A stretch of DNA of 64,000 bases from an uncultured Verrucomicrobiae bacterium (GTDB taxonomy: Bacteria > Verrucomicrobiota > Verrucomicrobiia > Chthoniobacterales > JAATET01): contig CAVRCI010000012.1 of NCBI GenBank assembly GCA_963719495.1, forward strand, positions 60,098-124,097, in the 5' to 3' direction. The notes under the pieces are model-generated. The model worked only from the letters and a program-made list of their open reading frames with translations, was not told the DNA's origin and searched no databases. Below, one piece after another: positions 41,212 through 51,304 of this stretch (within the stretch, counting starts at the first letter, position 1; each line of letters starts with the position of its first letter). The position numbers and the translations under genes were made by a program.

Positions 41212-42165
41212 TCAAACGACCGATCCCTCGCAGCTCGACCCCGCCCCGGCCGTGCAGCCGAAACAATGCTCGCCCGTCGCGATCTCCCGCCCTTCCAGTT
41301 GCTCCGGCGTCACGTCCCACAGGCTCAATTTCTCGCCGCCCTCGCGCAGTTGCAGCTTGAGCATCTGATTGAAATCGCAGTCGTAAATCCCGCCCTCCCA
41401 ATCGACGTTGATCGTGTCCCGGCACATCAACCCCTCGACCGTCGCCGGATTGAACGCGTCCACCAGCACCTCGAGATAACTCTCGTATTTCCCGTTGTTT
41501 CGCAGCCACGACGCGAAGCGCGAAACCGGCAGATTCGTGATCGTGTAGAGCGAGTTGAAAACGATCCCGAAGTGCGCGAGCAACTCCCGCTTGTAATCCG
41601 CTTCCATCTCCGCTTGCGGCCCCGGCAGCGCGTCGCCGTTCGGATTGTAGACGAGGTTCAGCGGCAACTTCGGGTCGGTCCCGTAACCGAGCGAGTTCAA
41701 CTTCTGCAACGCCGTGATGCTCGCGTCGAAGACCCCGTCGCCCCGCTGCGCGTTCACGTTATCCGGCGTGTAGCACGGCATCGACGCCACGATCTCGACG
41801 CCCTGATCGGCCAAAAATTCCGCCATCCCGTCGTAACCCGGCTCCAGCAAAATCGTCAGATTGCACCGGTCGATCACCCGCCGCCCCAACCCGCGAATCC
41901 GCTCCACGAAATACTGAAAGTCCGGAATCATCTCGGGCGCGCCCCCCGTGAGATCGACCGTCGCGATGTCCGTCCCCGCCAGCCAATCCACGATTCGGTC
42001 GACCGTCTCCCGCGTCATGATCTCCTTCCGCTTCGGCCCCGCGTTCACGTGGCAATGCGTGCACGTCAGATTGCACAGCTTCCCGACGTTGATCTGCAGG
42101 ATCGCCGCTTTCTCCCGCCTCAGCGGTAGGTCGTGCGTGTCGAGAATTTCGGAAAATCGGTTCAT
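41212..42165 (-). CDS. arsS: ArsS-type radical SAM/Cys-rich protein (arsenosugar biosynthesis, DUF3641)
   Basis: LQINVGKLCNLTCTHCHV.AGP.R.E, DLTGGAPE, ASMPCY, LMCR, YDCDFNQML, HCFGCTAGAGSSC; ATG 42165. Confidence 0.9.
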   Translation of the reverse strand: MNRFSEILDTHDLPLRREKAAILQINVGKLCNLTCTHCHVNAGPKRKEIMTRETVDRIVDWLAGTDIATVDLTGGAPEMIPDFQYFVERIRGLGRRVIDRCNLTILLEPGYDGMAEFLADQGVEIVASMPCYTPDNVNAQRGDGVFDASITALQKLNSLGYGTDPKLPLNLVYNPNGDALPGPQAEMEADYKRELLAHFGIVFNSLYTITNLPVSRFASWLRNNGKYESYLEVLVDAFNPATVEGLMCRDTINVDWEGGIYDCDFNQMLKLQLREGGEKLSLWDVTPEQLEGREIATGEHCFGCTAGAGSSCEGSVV

Positions 42166-43052
42166 TCGGGTTGCAGTCGGTAAGCCGGACGCAGGGCGTA
42201 TTTGTAGAAAGCTCCGCCCAGCAGCCCGCCCAACAGTGGCGCGAGAATGTAAACCGTCAACCAGCCCAGCCCATTCACCGTCCACGGAACGGACCCCCAC
42301 CCCACGAGGCTCGAAAAAACCCGCGGCCCAAAATCCCGCGCCGGATTCATGCACGCCATCGTCAACGGTCCGATCAGCGAAATGAGCAGCGTCACCGTCA
42401 GCCCGATCGCCAGCGGCGTGAGCAACTGCGGCCGCGTGGCGTTGCGCTCGTCGGTCACTCCGAAGATCACCACCAGCAAGATCGCCGTCGCCAGCACCTC
42501 GGCGAAAAACGCCGCGCCGTGCGACATCTTCAGCCGCGCCACTTCATCCAACGCCTGCCCACCCGGGTTGGGAAAAAACTCGCCAAAGATCATCGCCGTC
42601 GCCTCGCTACCCGCCGCGCCGCGCGTGATTCCGTTGGCCGTTTCGTAGACGCTCAGACTCCCTGCAAAGATCACGTAAAGCGCCGCGCTCGCGATCAGCG
42701 CACCCGCGAGCTGCAGCCCAATGTAGGGCAGCACGCGCGACTTCGGAAATTTCCCAAACGCCGCCATCGCCACCGTCACCGCCGGGTTCAGATGCGCACC
42801 GGACAGCGAGCCGGTGAGGTAAATCGCCGTCGCGATCCCGATCCCCCAGACGATCCCCACCTGAAAAATTCCGACCTGCGCACCCAGCAGGACCGCCGCC
42901 GCCACCGACCCGCAACCAAAGAACACGAGAATGAACGTCCCGACCGTTTCGCCGACGACCCAGTCGAGCAGCGGCGTCCGTTTGCCGTCGACCGCGCTCG
43001 AGGTCGCGGCGACGTCGCCAACCAACCGCTCCAATTCTTCCTCTTTCGCCAT
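42162..43052 (-). CDS. glpF: Aquaglyceroporin (MIP family)
   Basis: SGAHLNPAVT and NPARDFGPR (the Asp after NPAR is typical of glycerol facilitators). Confidence 0.88.
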   Translation of the reverse strand: MAKEEELERLVGDVAATSSAVDGKRTPLLDWVVGETVGTFILVFFGCGSVAAAVLLGAQVGIFQVGIVWGIGIATAIYLTGSLSGAHLNPAVTVAMAAFGKFPKSRVLPYIGLQLAGALIASAALYVIFAGSLSVYETANGITRGAAGSEATAMIFGEFFPNPGGQALDEVARLKMSHGAAFFAEVLATAILLVVIFGVTDERNATRPQLLTPLAIGLTVTLLISLIGPLTMACMNPARDFGPRVFSSLVGWGSVPWTVNGLGWLTVYILAPLLGGLLGGAFYKYALRPAYRLQPE

Positions 43053-43060
43053 GATCTAGA

Positions 43061-43184
43061 AACCGCGAATGGACGCGAATGAACGCGAATGATGTTTCAG
43101 GGATACCGAACCGCGGCCACGTCGCACGGTGATCAGGCCAGTCGAAATCACAGAATTAGCGTCCATTCGCGTCCATTCGCGGTT
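43061..43184. repeat. Gene-less inverted pair of triple decamers (AACCGCGAAT family)
   Basis: aaccgcgaat-ggacgcgaat-gaacgcgaat, 64-nt spacer, attagcgtcc-attcgcgtcc-attcgcggtt. Confidence 0.88.
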
Positions 43185-43194
43185 CTCCATAGAC

Positions 43195-44346
43195 CTAACA
43201 GCAATCCCCGCCCACGCACTCGGCCGCCGCCGTCGTGACGTTGTATTCGAGTCCCTTGCTCTCGCGCGGATGCCGCAACGCCGTCCGCGAACAGTCGAAC
43301 GGCTTCGCGTCGGCCAACGCGACTTCCTCGATCGGATCGAGAAAGTCGAAGTAGCTCCCGTAGGGCGCTTTTTTGTAGAGGTTGTAGGTCTTGTCGCACA
43401 CCGCGTAGCGCACGCCGCGCTCCATCCGATGCCCATCGTCGTCCAGCACTTCCTTGAACGGCCCACGGTAGATCACCGCCTGATTCCGCTCGAAACACGG
43501 ACCCTGTTTGCCCTTGAGAGCCTGAATCGTCATCGACCGGAACTCGATGCCCTCCACCGTCTGCCAGGGCTTGGAATCCAATTTGAGAATCTCCACACCA
43601 TAAAACCCAGCCTCCGTGAAAGCCGCCAGAAACCCTTCCTCCGTGAGCGCGCCCGAGATGCAGCCGCTCCACAGCTCGGGATCATCCTGCATCGCCTGCG
43701 GCACCGGCTCGTCCGCGACGATGTCGCTGATGACCGCCCGCCCGCCGCGCCGCAGCACGCGGAAGATCTCCTCGAACATCTGCCGCTTCGCCCGCGGCTC
43801 CACGAGGTTCAGCACACAATTACTCACCACCACGTCCACGCTGTCACTCGCGATCAACGGGTGCGTCACGCGGAGATCCTCGGCCAGAGCGTCCATCGCC
43901 AGATACGTGTCGGCGCACGAGATCGGGTTGGCCTTCAATTCGGCGTCGAGCTTCTCGATGTCGAGCGCGAGATCCTGAATCCGGCCCTTGCGGAACTCGA
44001 CGTTCGCATACCCGATTCGCTCACCGACCACCGGCGCGTTCCGCCGCGCGACCTCCAGCATGTCGTCCGTCATGTCCACGCCGATCACGCGCCCCTCGGG
44101 CCCGACGACCTGCGACGCGATGAAGCAGATCTTCCCCGTGCCGCTGCCGAGATCCAGGACGGTCTCGCCCGCCTCGAGGTATTTGCTCGGATCGCCGCAG
44201 CCGTAGTCCTTTTCGACCACCTCGGCGGGGATGACCTCCAGAAATTTGGGATCGTAATCGACCGGGCAGCACAGCGCCGCCTCGGCGGCTTTGGCTCCAG
44301 CGGCGTAGCGGTCTTTCGTGGCACGTTCGGCGTTCAGCGTCGGCAT
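43195..44346 (-). CDS. arsM: ArsM-like As(III) SAM-dependent methyltransferase
   Basis: LCCPV.Y, YGCGDP, VLDLGSGTG, IGVDMT..ML, SNCVLNL, WSGCISGA, C-terminal CC. Confidence 0.82.
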   Translation of the reverse strand: MPTLNAERATKDRYAAGAKAAEAALCCPVDYDPKFLEVIPAEVVEKDYGCGDPSKYLEAGETVLDLGSGTGKICFIASQVVGPEGRVIGVDMTDDMLEVARRNAPVVGERIGYANVEFRKGRIQDLALDIEKLDAELKANPISCADTYLAMDALAEDLRVTHPLIASDSVDVVVSNCVLNLVEPRAKRQMFEEIFRVLRRGGRAVISDIVADEPVPQAMQDDPELWSGCISGALTEEGFLAAFTEAGFYGVEILKLDSKPWQTVEGIEFRSMTIQALKGKQGPCFERNQAVIYRGPFKEVLDDDGHRMERGVRYAVCDKTYNLYKKAPYGSYFDFLDPIEEVALADAKPFDCSRTALRHPRESKGLEYNVTTAAAECVGGDCC

Positions 44347-44350
44347 GGGT

Positions 44351-45796
44351 TTATTGGGTTGATTCGTTGGTTGCGGAGACTGCGAGATCGGAGGCGGGAC
44401 GGTCGAGTTGTATTCCCGGAATCTGCTTTTCAGCGCGCAACGCCGGGTCGGCCAGCCGCTCTTCGTAAACCTCGCCCCACGCCCGCTCGTTCATCGAACA
44501 CATCGGCACCGCCTCCCACTCGCCGTCGCGCTTGACCGCGCCCTTGAAAACGCACGAGTCGAGCCGGCACCGCGTCGTCGCGTCGTTCGGCGCGTCGGCC
44601 ACCTGCGCCGCGTCCATGAAATTATGCATCCCCACGCCGACCGTGTGCACCCGCCCACGCAACGCCGCCCGCGCCAGATCACCCAGCACCCCGGCCCGCC
44701 GGAAGTGCCGCGCGAGCTGCCAGCCGATTTTTGGAAACAACCCCGGGTTCCGCGCGATCACCCCCGCCAGCCGGTAGGGAGCCGTGCCCGCGTCGTCGGT
44801 CACCAGCGACAAACCGCCCACCGTCTCCAATGCGCTCGCGAAATTCGCGTCCCAATCCGGCGTCTCCGGCATCGTCGTCGTGTAGCGACCACTCTCCTGC
44901 GACACGAGCAGCGACGCCCAGCTGTTGCAATCCGGATGGCCAAAAATCGAGGCCTCCCGCCGCAGCGGAATCCCGACGCCCTCCGAGATCTTCTCCCACA
45001 CGAGGGCCGGCGTGACCGGTCGCTCCGAATAAATCGTCCGCCCCGTGTCGGCCTCGGGCTGAAAACTCAGCATCCGCCAGATTTTCGTCCGCTCGGGGTC
45101 CGCCAGGAACCAGCGAATGATCTCCGGGATGTCGTCGATGTTCTTCCGCGTCACCGTGCAATTGTGAGCGAACTCCAGCGGCGCCCCCGTCTTCGCCCGG
45201 ATCGAGCGCGCCAGATCGGTGAACAATTCCCGCACCGGATGCAGGTCCGCCTCCCCCTCGACCCTCTGAATCGGATACCCCTTCCGTCCCGCCTGCGTGA
45301 CGTCGATGTGGACCGCGACCTGCCGCAACCCACCCTCGACCACCAGCCGCTCGAGGAACTCCGGCTGCTCCGTGAGCGTCTGCCCGTGCGTGAACAACAT
45401 CGGCACCACCCCCACCGAATACGCGTAACGCACGATCTCGATCAGCTCATCCGCCCGGCCCGCCCGCCAATACGCGTCCGCCACGTCCCCACCCGTGATC
45501 TGCAAACCGCCACCCGGCCCCTGCAAACGCCGGTTCGCGTCGATCTGCTCCTTCATGTCCGCCAGCGACGGCAGCGGCACGCGGTTCGCGTTCTCCGGCA
45601 GGTAACAATGCGTGCAGCGGAACGAACAATAACTCGCCCCCAGCGTGAACGCACAGTGCGTCAAATGCCGACCCGAGATCTGGTGCGGCGTCCGCAATTC
45701 CTCCGGCAACGACTCCCACCGCTCGCGCAGCACCCGCTCTTTCTCGGGATCGATCGGATTCCGAAACGCATTCCAGCGTTGCTTCCACACACTCAC
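44351..45796 (-). CDS. Radical SAM protein of unknown function
   Basis: CSFRCTHC (CxxxCxxC), LQITGG; GTG start overlaps the DUF547 stop (GTGA). Confidence 0.85.
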   Translation of the reverse strand: MSVWKQRWNAFRNPIDPEKERVLRERWESLPEELRTPHQISGRHLTHCAFTLGASYCSFRCTHCYLPENANRVPLPSLADMKEQIDANRRLQGPGGGLQITGGDVADAYWRAGRADELIEIVRYAYSVGVVPMLFTHGQTLTEQPEFLERLVVEGGLRQVAVHIDVTQAGRKGYPIQRVEGEADLHPVRELFTDLARSIRAKTGAPLEFAHNCTVTRKNIDDIPEIIRWFLADPERTKIWRMLSFQPEADTGRTIYSERPVTPALVWEKISEGVGIPLRREASIFGHPDCNSWASLLVSQESGRYTTTMPETPDWDANFASALETVGGLSLVTDDAGTAPYRLAGVIARNPGLFPKIGWQLARHFRRAGVLGDLARAALRGRVHTVGVGMHNFMDAAQVADAPNDATTRCRLDSCVFKGAVKRDGEWEAVPMCSMNERAWGEVYEERLADPALRAEKQIPGIQLDRPASDLAVSATNESTQ

Positions 45797-46536
45797 GAGC
45801 CGACCGCCTGGTTGAGCGACCAATCGTAATCCATGAACTCGATCTCCCCGCCCTCCGGCAGCGGGTCGTCGCGGTATCGATCGATGAACGCCCGCGTCCC
45901 CCCCGCCTTCGCAAAGTCCGCCTCATACCATTTGAACACTTCGAAAACTTGCACCGTCCCGTCCTCGACTTTCACCGTCAGCGGATTCTCCGACACCCCC
46001 GCCGTCACGACCTCGTCCAACTGCGCGTCGAGTTTCGCCCCAGCGTAAGGCACGTCCAGCAGCGGCGGGCACGACCGACTCGCACAATTGATCGCGAAGT
46101 GAACCCGCGCGTCGCCGAACTCCTCGAGAATAATGTCCTTCTCCAGATGGTTCAGACTCATCCGCTCACCCGCGACCACGATCCGCTTGTTCGTAAAGAC
46201 CCCCCAGAGCGGCGCGATCCCCGTCACGCTGTCGACCGGATACGCCTGCAGCACCTGATCCAGCATCCACGCGTTGTAGGCGTTGATGTAAAACGCCAGC
46301 CGGTCGTCCCCCGAAAGAGCCGCCACGTCCTCGCTCGCGATCCCCGAGACCACGCCCTCGAGCGCCCGCACGTCCGCCGCCGACGCGTGCCATTTTTTGT
46401 ATTCCACGCCCGACGGCGTCACGTATCGGCCGAGCAAAGTGGCGTAAGAGTCCCGCCAACCCGCATCCGCGGGAGCGGTGATCGAAGGCCCCGCGCAGGC
46501 GGAGAAGAGGAGGGCGAGGATAGCGAGTCGTTTCAT
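45793..46536 (-). CDS. DUF547 domain lipoprotein
   Basis: Lipobox FSAC; LAFYINAYNA, SLN.LE..I, RVHFAINCAS.SCP.L, FKWY..DF, YDWSLN. Confidence 0.9.
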   Translation of the reverse strand: MKRLAILALLFSACAGPSITAPADAGWRDSYATLLGRYVTPSGVEYKKWHASAADVRALEGVVSGIASEDVAALSGDDRLAFYINAYNAWMLDQVLQAYPVDSVTGIAPLWGVFTNKRIVVAGERMSLNHLEKDIILEEFGDARVHFAINCASRSCPPLLDVPYAGAKLDAQLDEVVTAGVSENPLTVKVEDGTVQVFEVFKWYEADFAKAGGTRAFIDRYRDDPLPEGGEIEFMDYDWSLNQAVGS

Positions 46537-47234
46537 GAGGGTTTGGAGTGGGCGTAATACCACCCGTGCAATCGCGCCGGCGACACGCCCAGGTGGTAGA
46601 GAAAGAGAAAAAGCCCGTTGCGCAGAGAAGTCCGAAACGCCCCACCCGCCCGGTGCGCCCGGTCCGAACTCGTCATCGGCGGGTCCAGCAGCACGATCCG
46701 CCCCGCCCGCCGCAGCCGCCGCGAGAAATCCACGTCCTCCATCAGCGGCAAATCCCGCATCCCCCCCATCGCCGCATACTCCGAACGCCGAACGAACAAC
46801 GATTGATCCCCAAACAGAGTCCCGAACCTCCGCGCGCGCCACCGCTCGACCGGCTCGACCCAACGAAACGATGGATGCCTCGCGTCGAATTTCCGATGAA
46901 ACGCACCACCGACCACCCGCTCATCCGCCATCGCGCCGGCCACCGCCGCCACCTGCTCGTCCGCGATCTCCGAGTCCGCGTGGTGAAAAACCAACACATC
47001 CCCCGAAGCCACCTCCGCCCCCAGCGCCATCTGCCGCCCCCGATTCGCCACCCCCGCGACCACCACCGTCGCGCGCAAGATCGTCAGATCCCGTTCCAGC
47101 TCGTCGTCACCAAATGCCAGCACCACCACCAGCTCATGCACCTTCAGAGCCTTCCACGCCAACAGCCGACACAGCCCCCCATCGTTCCAGCAAGGAACGA
47201 TCAAGCTGACCGAGGGAAGAGAGGAATCGGGCAT
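46533..47234 (-). CDS. Family 2 glycosyltransferase, TIGR04283-like (rSAM/arsenosugar-associated)
   Basis: SLIVP.WN, RG.QM..GA..A.GDVL.F.HADS, FGDQ.LFV, PLMEDV.FSRRL, TSS.R. Confidence 0.85.
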   Translation of the reverse strand: MPDSSLPSVSLIVPCWNDGGLCRLLAWKALKVHELVVVLAFGDDELERDLTILRATVVVAGVANRGRQMALGAEVASGDVLVFHHADSEIADEQVAAVAGAMADERVVGGAFHRKFDARHPSFRWVEPVERWRARRFGTLFGDQSLFVRRSEYAAMGGMRDLPLMEDVDFSRRLRRAGRIVLLDPPMTSSDRAHRAGGAFRTSLRNGLFLFLYHLGVSPARLHGWYYAHSKPS

Positions 47235-47360
47235 CGCGAAAATTCGAAGCAGGCCGAGAAAAGATCTAGGCCCACCAAAGCGATTCGTCGACCCCCGAAA
47301 CCCGGATCAAACCATCTTCAAAAAGCCGAACTCACGGCCAAGCCAGCGGCAAAGCCGCCA

Positions 47361-47396
47361 TCAAGGAGCGGCGATTTGCAATCGCCGAACCAACCC
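47361..47396. repeat. REP-like unit identical to 34984-35019
   Basis: tcaaggagcggcgatttgcaatcgccgaaccaaccc. Confidence 0.8.
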
Positions 47397-47487
47397 AACG
47401 GCGAAGCCGCACTTCCCCCCGCCAAGCTCATCCGAGTCCATCCGCTTCCATCCAAACCCCGAAGCCATCCGTGGTCCGTATTTCCCA

Positions 47488-48846
47488 TCACCGAAACAAC
47501 GGCGACAGAACATCCAACACGTCCCGCACCGCATCCCGCGCCTCCTCCGGCGCCCCTTCCAGCATCCGCGTCCCCGTCTCGATCACCTCGTCCACGGTCG
47601 CCCCCGCCAACCGCTTCGACAGATCCTCCGTCGGTCGCTCCACCGTCCCGCCCACCCGCACCGGCGTCCACAGATACCCGCCCCGCGATTCCGTGAAGAC
47701 CCGCTCCTGCGACCCCGGCAGCCACTGCAAAGTCTGCGGCGTCACCCCGACCTGAAAATCCCCGTCCAGCGCCCCGCCCTCCCCGATCCGCACCGTCCCC
47801 TCCAGCTTCAGCAACCCCTGCGATTCCAGCACGAAATTCCGCACGTCCGTCACCGCCCCATCGACAACGAAATCCCCCGACACCTCCTGCAGCGGCATCC
47901 GCTCGAACTGCGGCGACCGCGCGAACTTCGCAATCACCGCCTGAATCGGCAGACCCCGCAACGCCCCGTCACTCAGAAAAAACCTCCCCGTCGCCAGCGC
48001 CGACTCCCCGTCCCGCCCGACCAGATCCACCTCACCCGACACCTTCCCCGTCACCCGGTCGCTCCATTCCGGCGAAAACAAAGCCGCCGAATCCATCCGG
48101 TCCCACTCCAGCCGGATCGCAAACGGCCCCTTCGCCCCCCCGACCTCACCCGACACGTCCACCCGTCCCGCCTCTCCCGACCGCAGCGTCGCCTCGGTCA
48201 CGTAAAGCACGTCCTGCTGCAGCCGCAGCCGGAACCTCTCGATCTCCAGCGCCTCCCGCCCCGGCAACGCCAGCCTCCCCCGCTCCCCGTCGAACAGCCA
48301 CCCACTCCCCTCCGGTCGAATCGTCAGCACCGCGTTCGTCACCCGCCCCGCACCCGGCAACGAAAAATTCGCGTCCGCCACCGCGACCTCACCAATCTCG
48401 AACCGCCGCAGCAACCAACCCGGACCCGCCGCCGTCAACCCCGCCCCGGCAGCTTCCGCCCGCTCCACGCGCACCCCCGCCGGCCTCGCACCCGGAGCCC
48501 GCACTTCCGCATCCAGCCAGGCCACGTCCATCCGGTCCACCCGCCACGCCCCATCGAAGATCGCCCGCCAATCCACCGCCGCCCGCAGTTGCCTCACTTC
48601 CGCCGTCACGATCGCCGACCCCGCACCACCCGTGACCCCCATCCGCTCCGAAAACACCGTCGATCCCGTCCACCGAAACGGATCGTAAACCGCCTCCGCC
48701 CTCAGCGCCGCCGAAGTCCGCGCCTCCACCAACCCGCGAAACGCGTTGCTCCGCAAATAATCCCGGACCCAGAAGTTCAACCCAATCAGCCCCAACACCA
48801 CGACGAGAAGCAGCCCCCCCAGAATCCAAAAAAAACGCGCGCGCAT
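47488..48846 (-). CDS. AsmA-like membrane-anchored beta-rich protein
   Basis: N-terminal TM anchor, beta-strand-rich body, C-terminal P.RV.GT...P.EDL motif. Confidence 0.6.
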   Translation of the reverse strand: MRARFFWILGGLLLVVVLGLIGLNFWVRDYLRSNAFRGLVEARTSAALRAEAVYDPFRWTGSTVFSERMGVTGGAGSAIVTAEVRQLRAAVDWRAIFDGAWRVDRMDVAWLDAEVRAPGARPAGVRVERAEAAGAGLTAAGPGWLLRRFEIGEVAVADANFSLPGAGRVTNAVLTIRPEGSGWLFDGERGRLALPGREALEIERFRLRLQQDVLYVTEATLRSGEAGRVDVSGEVGGAKGPFAIRLEWDRMDSAALFSPEWSDRVTGKVSGEVDLVGRDGESALATGRFFLSDGALRGLPIQAVIAKFARSPQFERMPLQEVSGDFVVDGAVTDVRNFVLESQGLLKLEGTVRIGEGGALDGDFQVGVTPQTLQWLPGSQERVFTESRGGYLWTPVRVGGTVERPTEDLSKRLAGATVDEVIETGTRMLEGAPEEARDAVRDVLDVLSPLFR

Positions 48847-48909
48847 CGGCTGGAAGCTAGTCCAGCTCGGTGCGCGCGCGGAAGTTGATTCCGACTGTTC
48901 GGAAAATCC

Positions 48910-49464
48910 TTAGAACGCGACGCGAAGACCAGCGCGAGTGACGGTCGCCAGATCAGGCGCACCGAAGAGGAAGCGCGTGTCCGTGAAGATACCGATGTTG
49001 TCGGAGAAACGATATTCGATGCCCGGGCCGACGTGACCGAATCCAATCGTGACGTGGTCGAAGCCCACACCGCCACCAGCCATCACGTAAGGCGCCACGT
49101 TCCAATCGCAGATCGGGTAACGGAAGAACGCGTTGCCGATGAACATGTGCTCCGCCGCGCCGCCGTTGCCATACCAGAGGCCTTCGATGCCGACACCGAA
49201 GTATTTCGCGAAGAAAAAGTTGAAGCCACCACCACCACCGACGCCGGTGTTGAGCGTATTACCGCTCGTCTCGTAGCCACCATCGAGTGGTGCCCCGACG
49301 AAAGCGCCGAAGATGTCGACCTGCACTTCCGTATCACGGAAGAAGCAACTCTCCTCGGGAGTGTAAACGACCTTCTCTTTGAAGGACTTGGACTCGACAC
49401 CGCCGAAAGACGGCTGCAACGCCACGACGAACGCCGCGAGACTGAGCAATAGGGTTTTTTTCAT
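48910..49464 (-). CDS. Small outer-membrane beta-barrel protein
   Basis: Signal peptide; amphipathic strands; APY..AGGG, G.EYRF; C-terminal GLRVAF. Confidence 0.8.
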   Translation of the reverse strand: MKKTLLLSLAAFVVALQPSFGGVESKSFKEKVVYTPEESCFFRDTEVQVDIFGAFVGAPLDGGYETSGNTLNTGVGGGGGFNFFFAKYFGVGIEGLWYGNGGAAEHMFIGNAFFRYPICDWNVAPYVMAGGGVGFDHVTIGFGHVGPGIEYRFSDNIGIFTDTRFLFGAPDLATVTRAGLRVAF

Positions 49465-49631
49465 AATTTATTGGTTATCAGAGGACTAAGGCCGGGGAAA
49501 CATCCCCGGGGGAGCGGTAGTTAAGAGCGGCTTGCAGGAAACGCAATGACAATTTCAATAATTCTTCGCCCCCTGGCGATTCCTTGGAATCCGGGACGCG
49601 GTCGGCTTACAATTCCCACCATTCCTCCCCT

Positions 49632-51113
49632 ATGAAATACATCCTCGCTTTCGACCAAGGCACCACCAGCTCCCGCGCCATCCTCTTCGACCACGACGGC
49701 AACATCGTTCACACCGCGCGGAAGGAATTCCGCCAGATCTACCCCAAGCCGGGTTGGATCGAACACGACCCCAACGAAATCTGGTCCTCGCAGAGCAGCG
49801 TCGCCGTCGAGGCCCTCTCCAGCGGCCGCCTCTCCGCCCGCAACGTCGCCGCCATCGGTATCACGAATCAGCGCGAGACCACCGTCATCTGGGACCGCAA
49901 GACCGGCGAGCCCGTTTACAACGCCATCGTCTGGCAGGACCGCCGCACCGCCAACACCTGCGACGAACTCAACGCCGACGGCCTCGCGGAGAAATTCGCC
50001 GCCAGGACGGGCCTCCTCATCGACCCCTACTTCGCCGGCACCAAGATCAAGTGGATCCTCGACCACGTCGACGGCGTCCGCGCCCGCGCCGAGGCCGGGG
50101 AACTCGCCTTCGGCACCGTCGACAGCTGGCTCGTCTGGAATCTCACCGAGGGAGCCGCCCACGTCACCGACGAATCCAACGCCGCCCGCACCCTCGTCTA
50201 CAACATCCACGAACACCGCTGGGACACCGAACTCCTCGAGATTCTCGGCATCCCCGCCAGCCTCCTCCCCGAGGTCAAGAGCTGCAGCGAAATCTACGGC
50301 GAAGCCACCGCCTCGGGCATCCCCATCGCCGGCATGGCCGGAGACCAGAACGCCGCCCTCTTCGGCCAAACGTGCTTCTCGCCCGGCATGGCCAAGAACA
50401 CCTACGGCACCGGTTGCTTCCTCCTCATGAACACCGGCCGGGAACCCACCGCTTCCAAGAACAAACTCCTCACCACCTGCGCCTGGCAGGCCGGCGGCCA
50501 CACCGAATACGCCCTCGAAGGCAGCATCTTCGTCGGCGGAGCCGTCGTCCAATGGCTCCGCGACGGCCTCGGCATCATCCGCGAATCCGCCGACGTCGAA
50601 TACCTCGCCGGCAAAGTCAAAACGACCGACGGCGTCTACCTCGTCCCCGCCTTCGCCGGTCTCGGTGCCCCCCACTGGGACGCCTACGCCCGCGGCACCC
50701 TCGCCGGCCTCACCCGCGGCACCAACGCCAACCACATCGCCCGCGCCGCCCTCGAATCCATCGCCTATCAATCCTACGACGTCCTCAAAGCCATGGAGCG
50801 CGACTCCGACATCGAGTTGAAAGAGCTGCGCGTCGACGGCGGAGCCTGCGCCAACGACCTCCTCATGCAATTCCAGGCCGACCTCCTCCAGGTCCCCGTC
50901 GTCCGGCCGAAAGTCACCGAGACCACCGCCCTCGGAGCCGCCTACTTGGCAGGCCTGGCCGTCGGCTTCTGGAAAGATCGCGACGAAATCAAGAGCCAGT
51001 GGGCCATCGACAAAACCTTCGAACCAACCCGCCCCGCCGAAGAAATGGCCGACCTCCGAGCCGGCTGGAACAAAGCCGTAGAACGAGCCAAAGACTGGGA
51101 ACCCCACGCTTAA
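49632..51113 (+). CDS. glpK: Glycerol kinase
   Basis: [53 protein letters not shown]. Confidence 0.98.
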   Translation: MKYILAFDQGTTSSRAILFDHDGNIVHTARKEFRQIYPKPGWIEHDPNEIWSSQSSVAVEALSSGRLSARNVAAIGITNQRETTVIWDRKTGEPVYNAIVWQDRRTANTCDELNADGLAEKFAARTGLLIDPYFAGTKIKWILDHVDGVRARAEAGELAFGTVDSWLVWNLTEGAAHVTDESNAARTLVYNIHEHRWDTELLEILGIPASLLPEVKSCSEIYGEATASGIPIAGMAGDQNAALFGQTCFSPGMAKNTYGTGCFLLMNTGREPTASKNKLLTTCAWQAGGHTEYALEGSIFVGGAVVQWLRDGLGIIRESADVEYLAGKVKTTDGVYLVPAFAGLGAPHWDAYARGTLAGLTRGTNANHIARAALESIAYQSYDVLKAMERDSDIELKELRVDGGACANDLLMQFQADLLQVPVVRPKVTETTALGAAYLAGLAVGFWKDRDEIKSQWAIDKTFEPTRPAEEMADLRAGWNKAVERAKDWEPHA

Positions 51114-51304
51114 AGCCAATCCCCCCTAAATCACTCACCCCATCCAAACCCTGTCATGCTGAGCGAAGCGAAGCATCTCTGGCTTACACTAAAAAAACCT
51201 CCCGCCACGCCGGTAAAGCCAGAGATGAACGCGTTGCTCAAAATGAAAAAGCGACAAAACCCATTTCAAATTCCGCATTCCAAATTCCGAATCCCCCCCA
51301 ACCC

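Noticed and set aside
41212..41260. Selenocysteine in the ArsS C-terminus
   Set aside because: The GSSC position is a normal Cys codon and the motif is complete before the stop.
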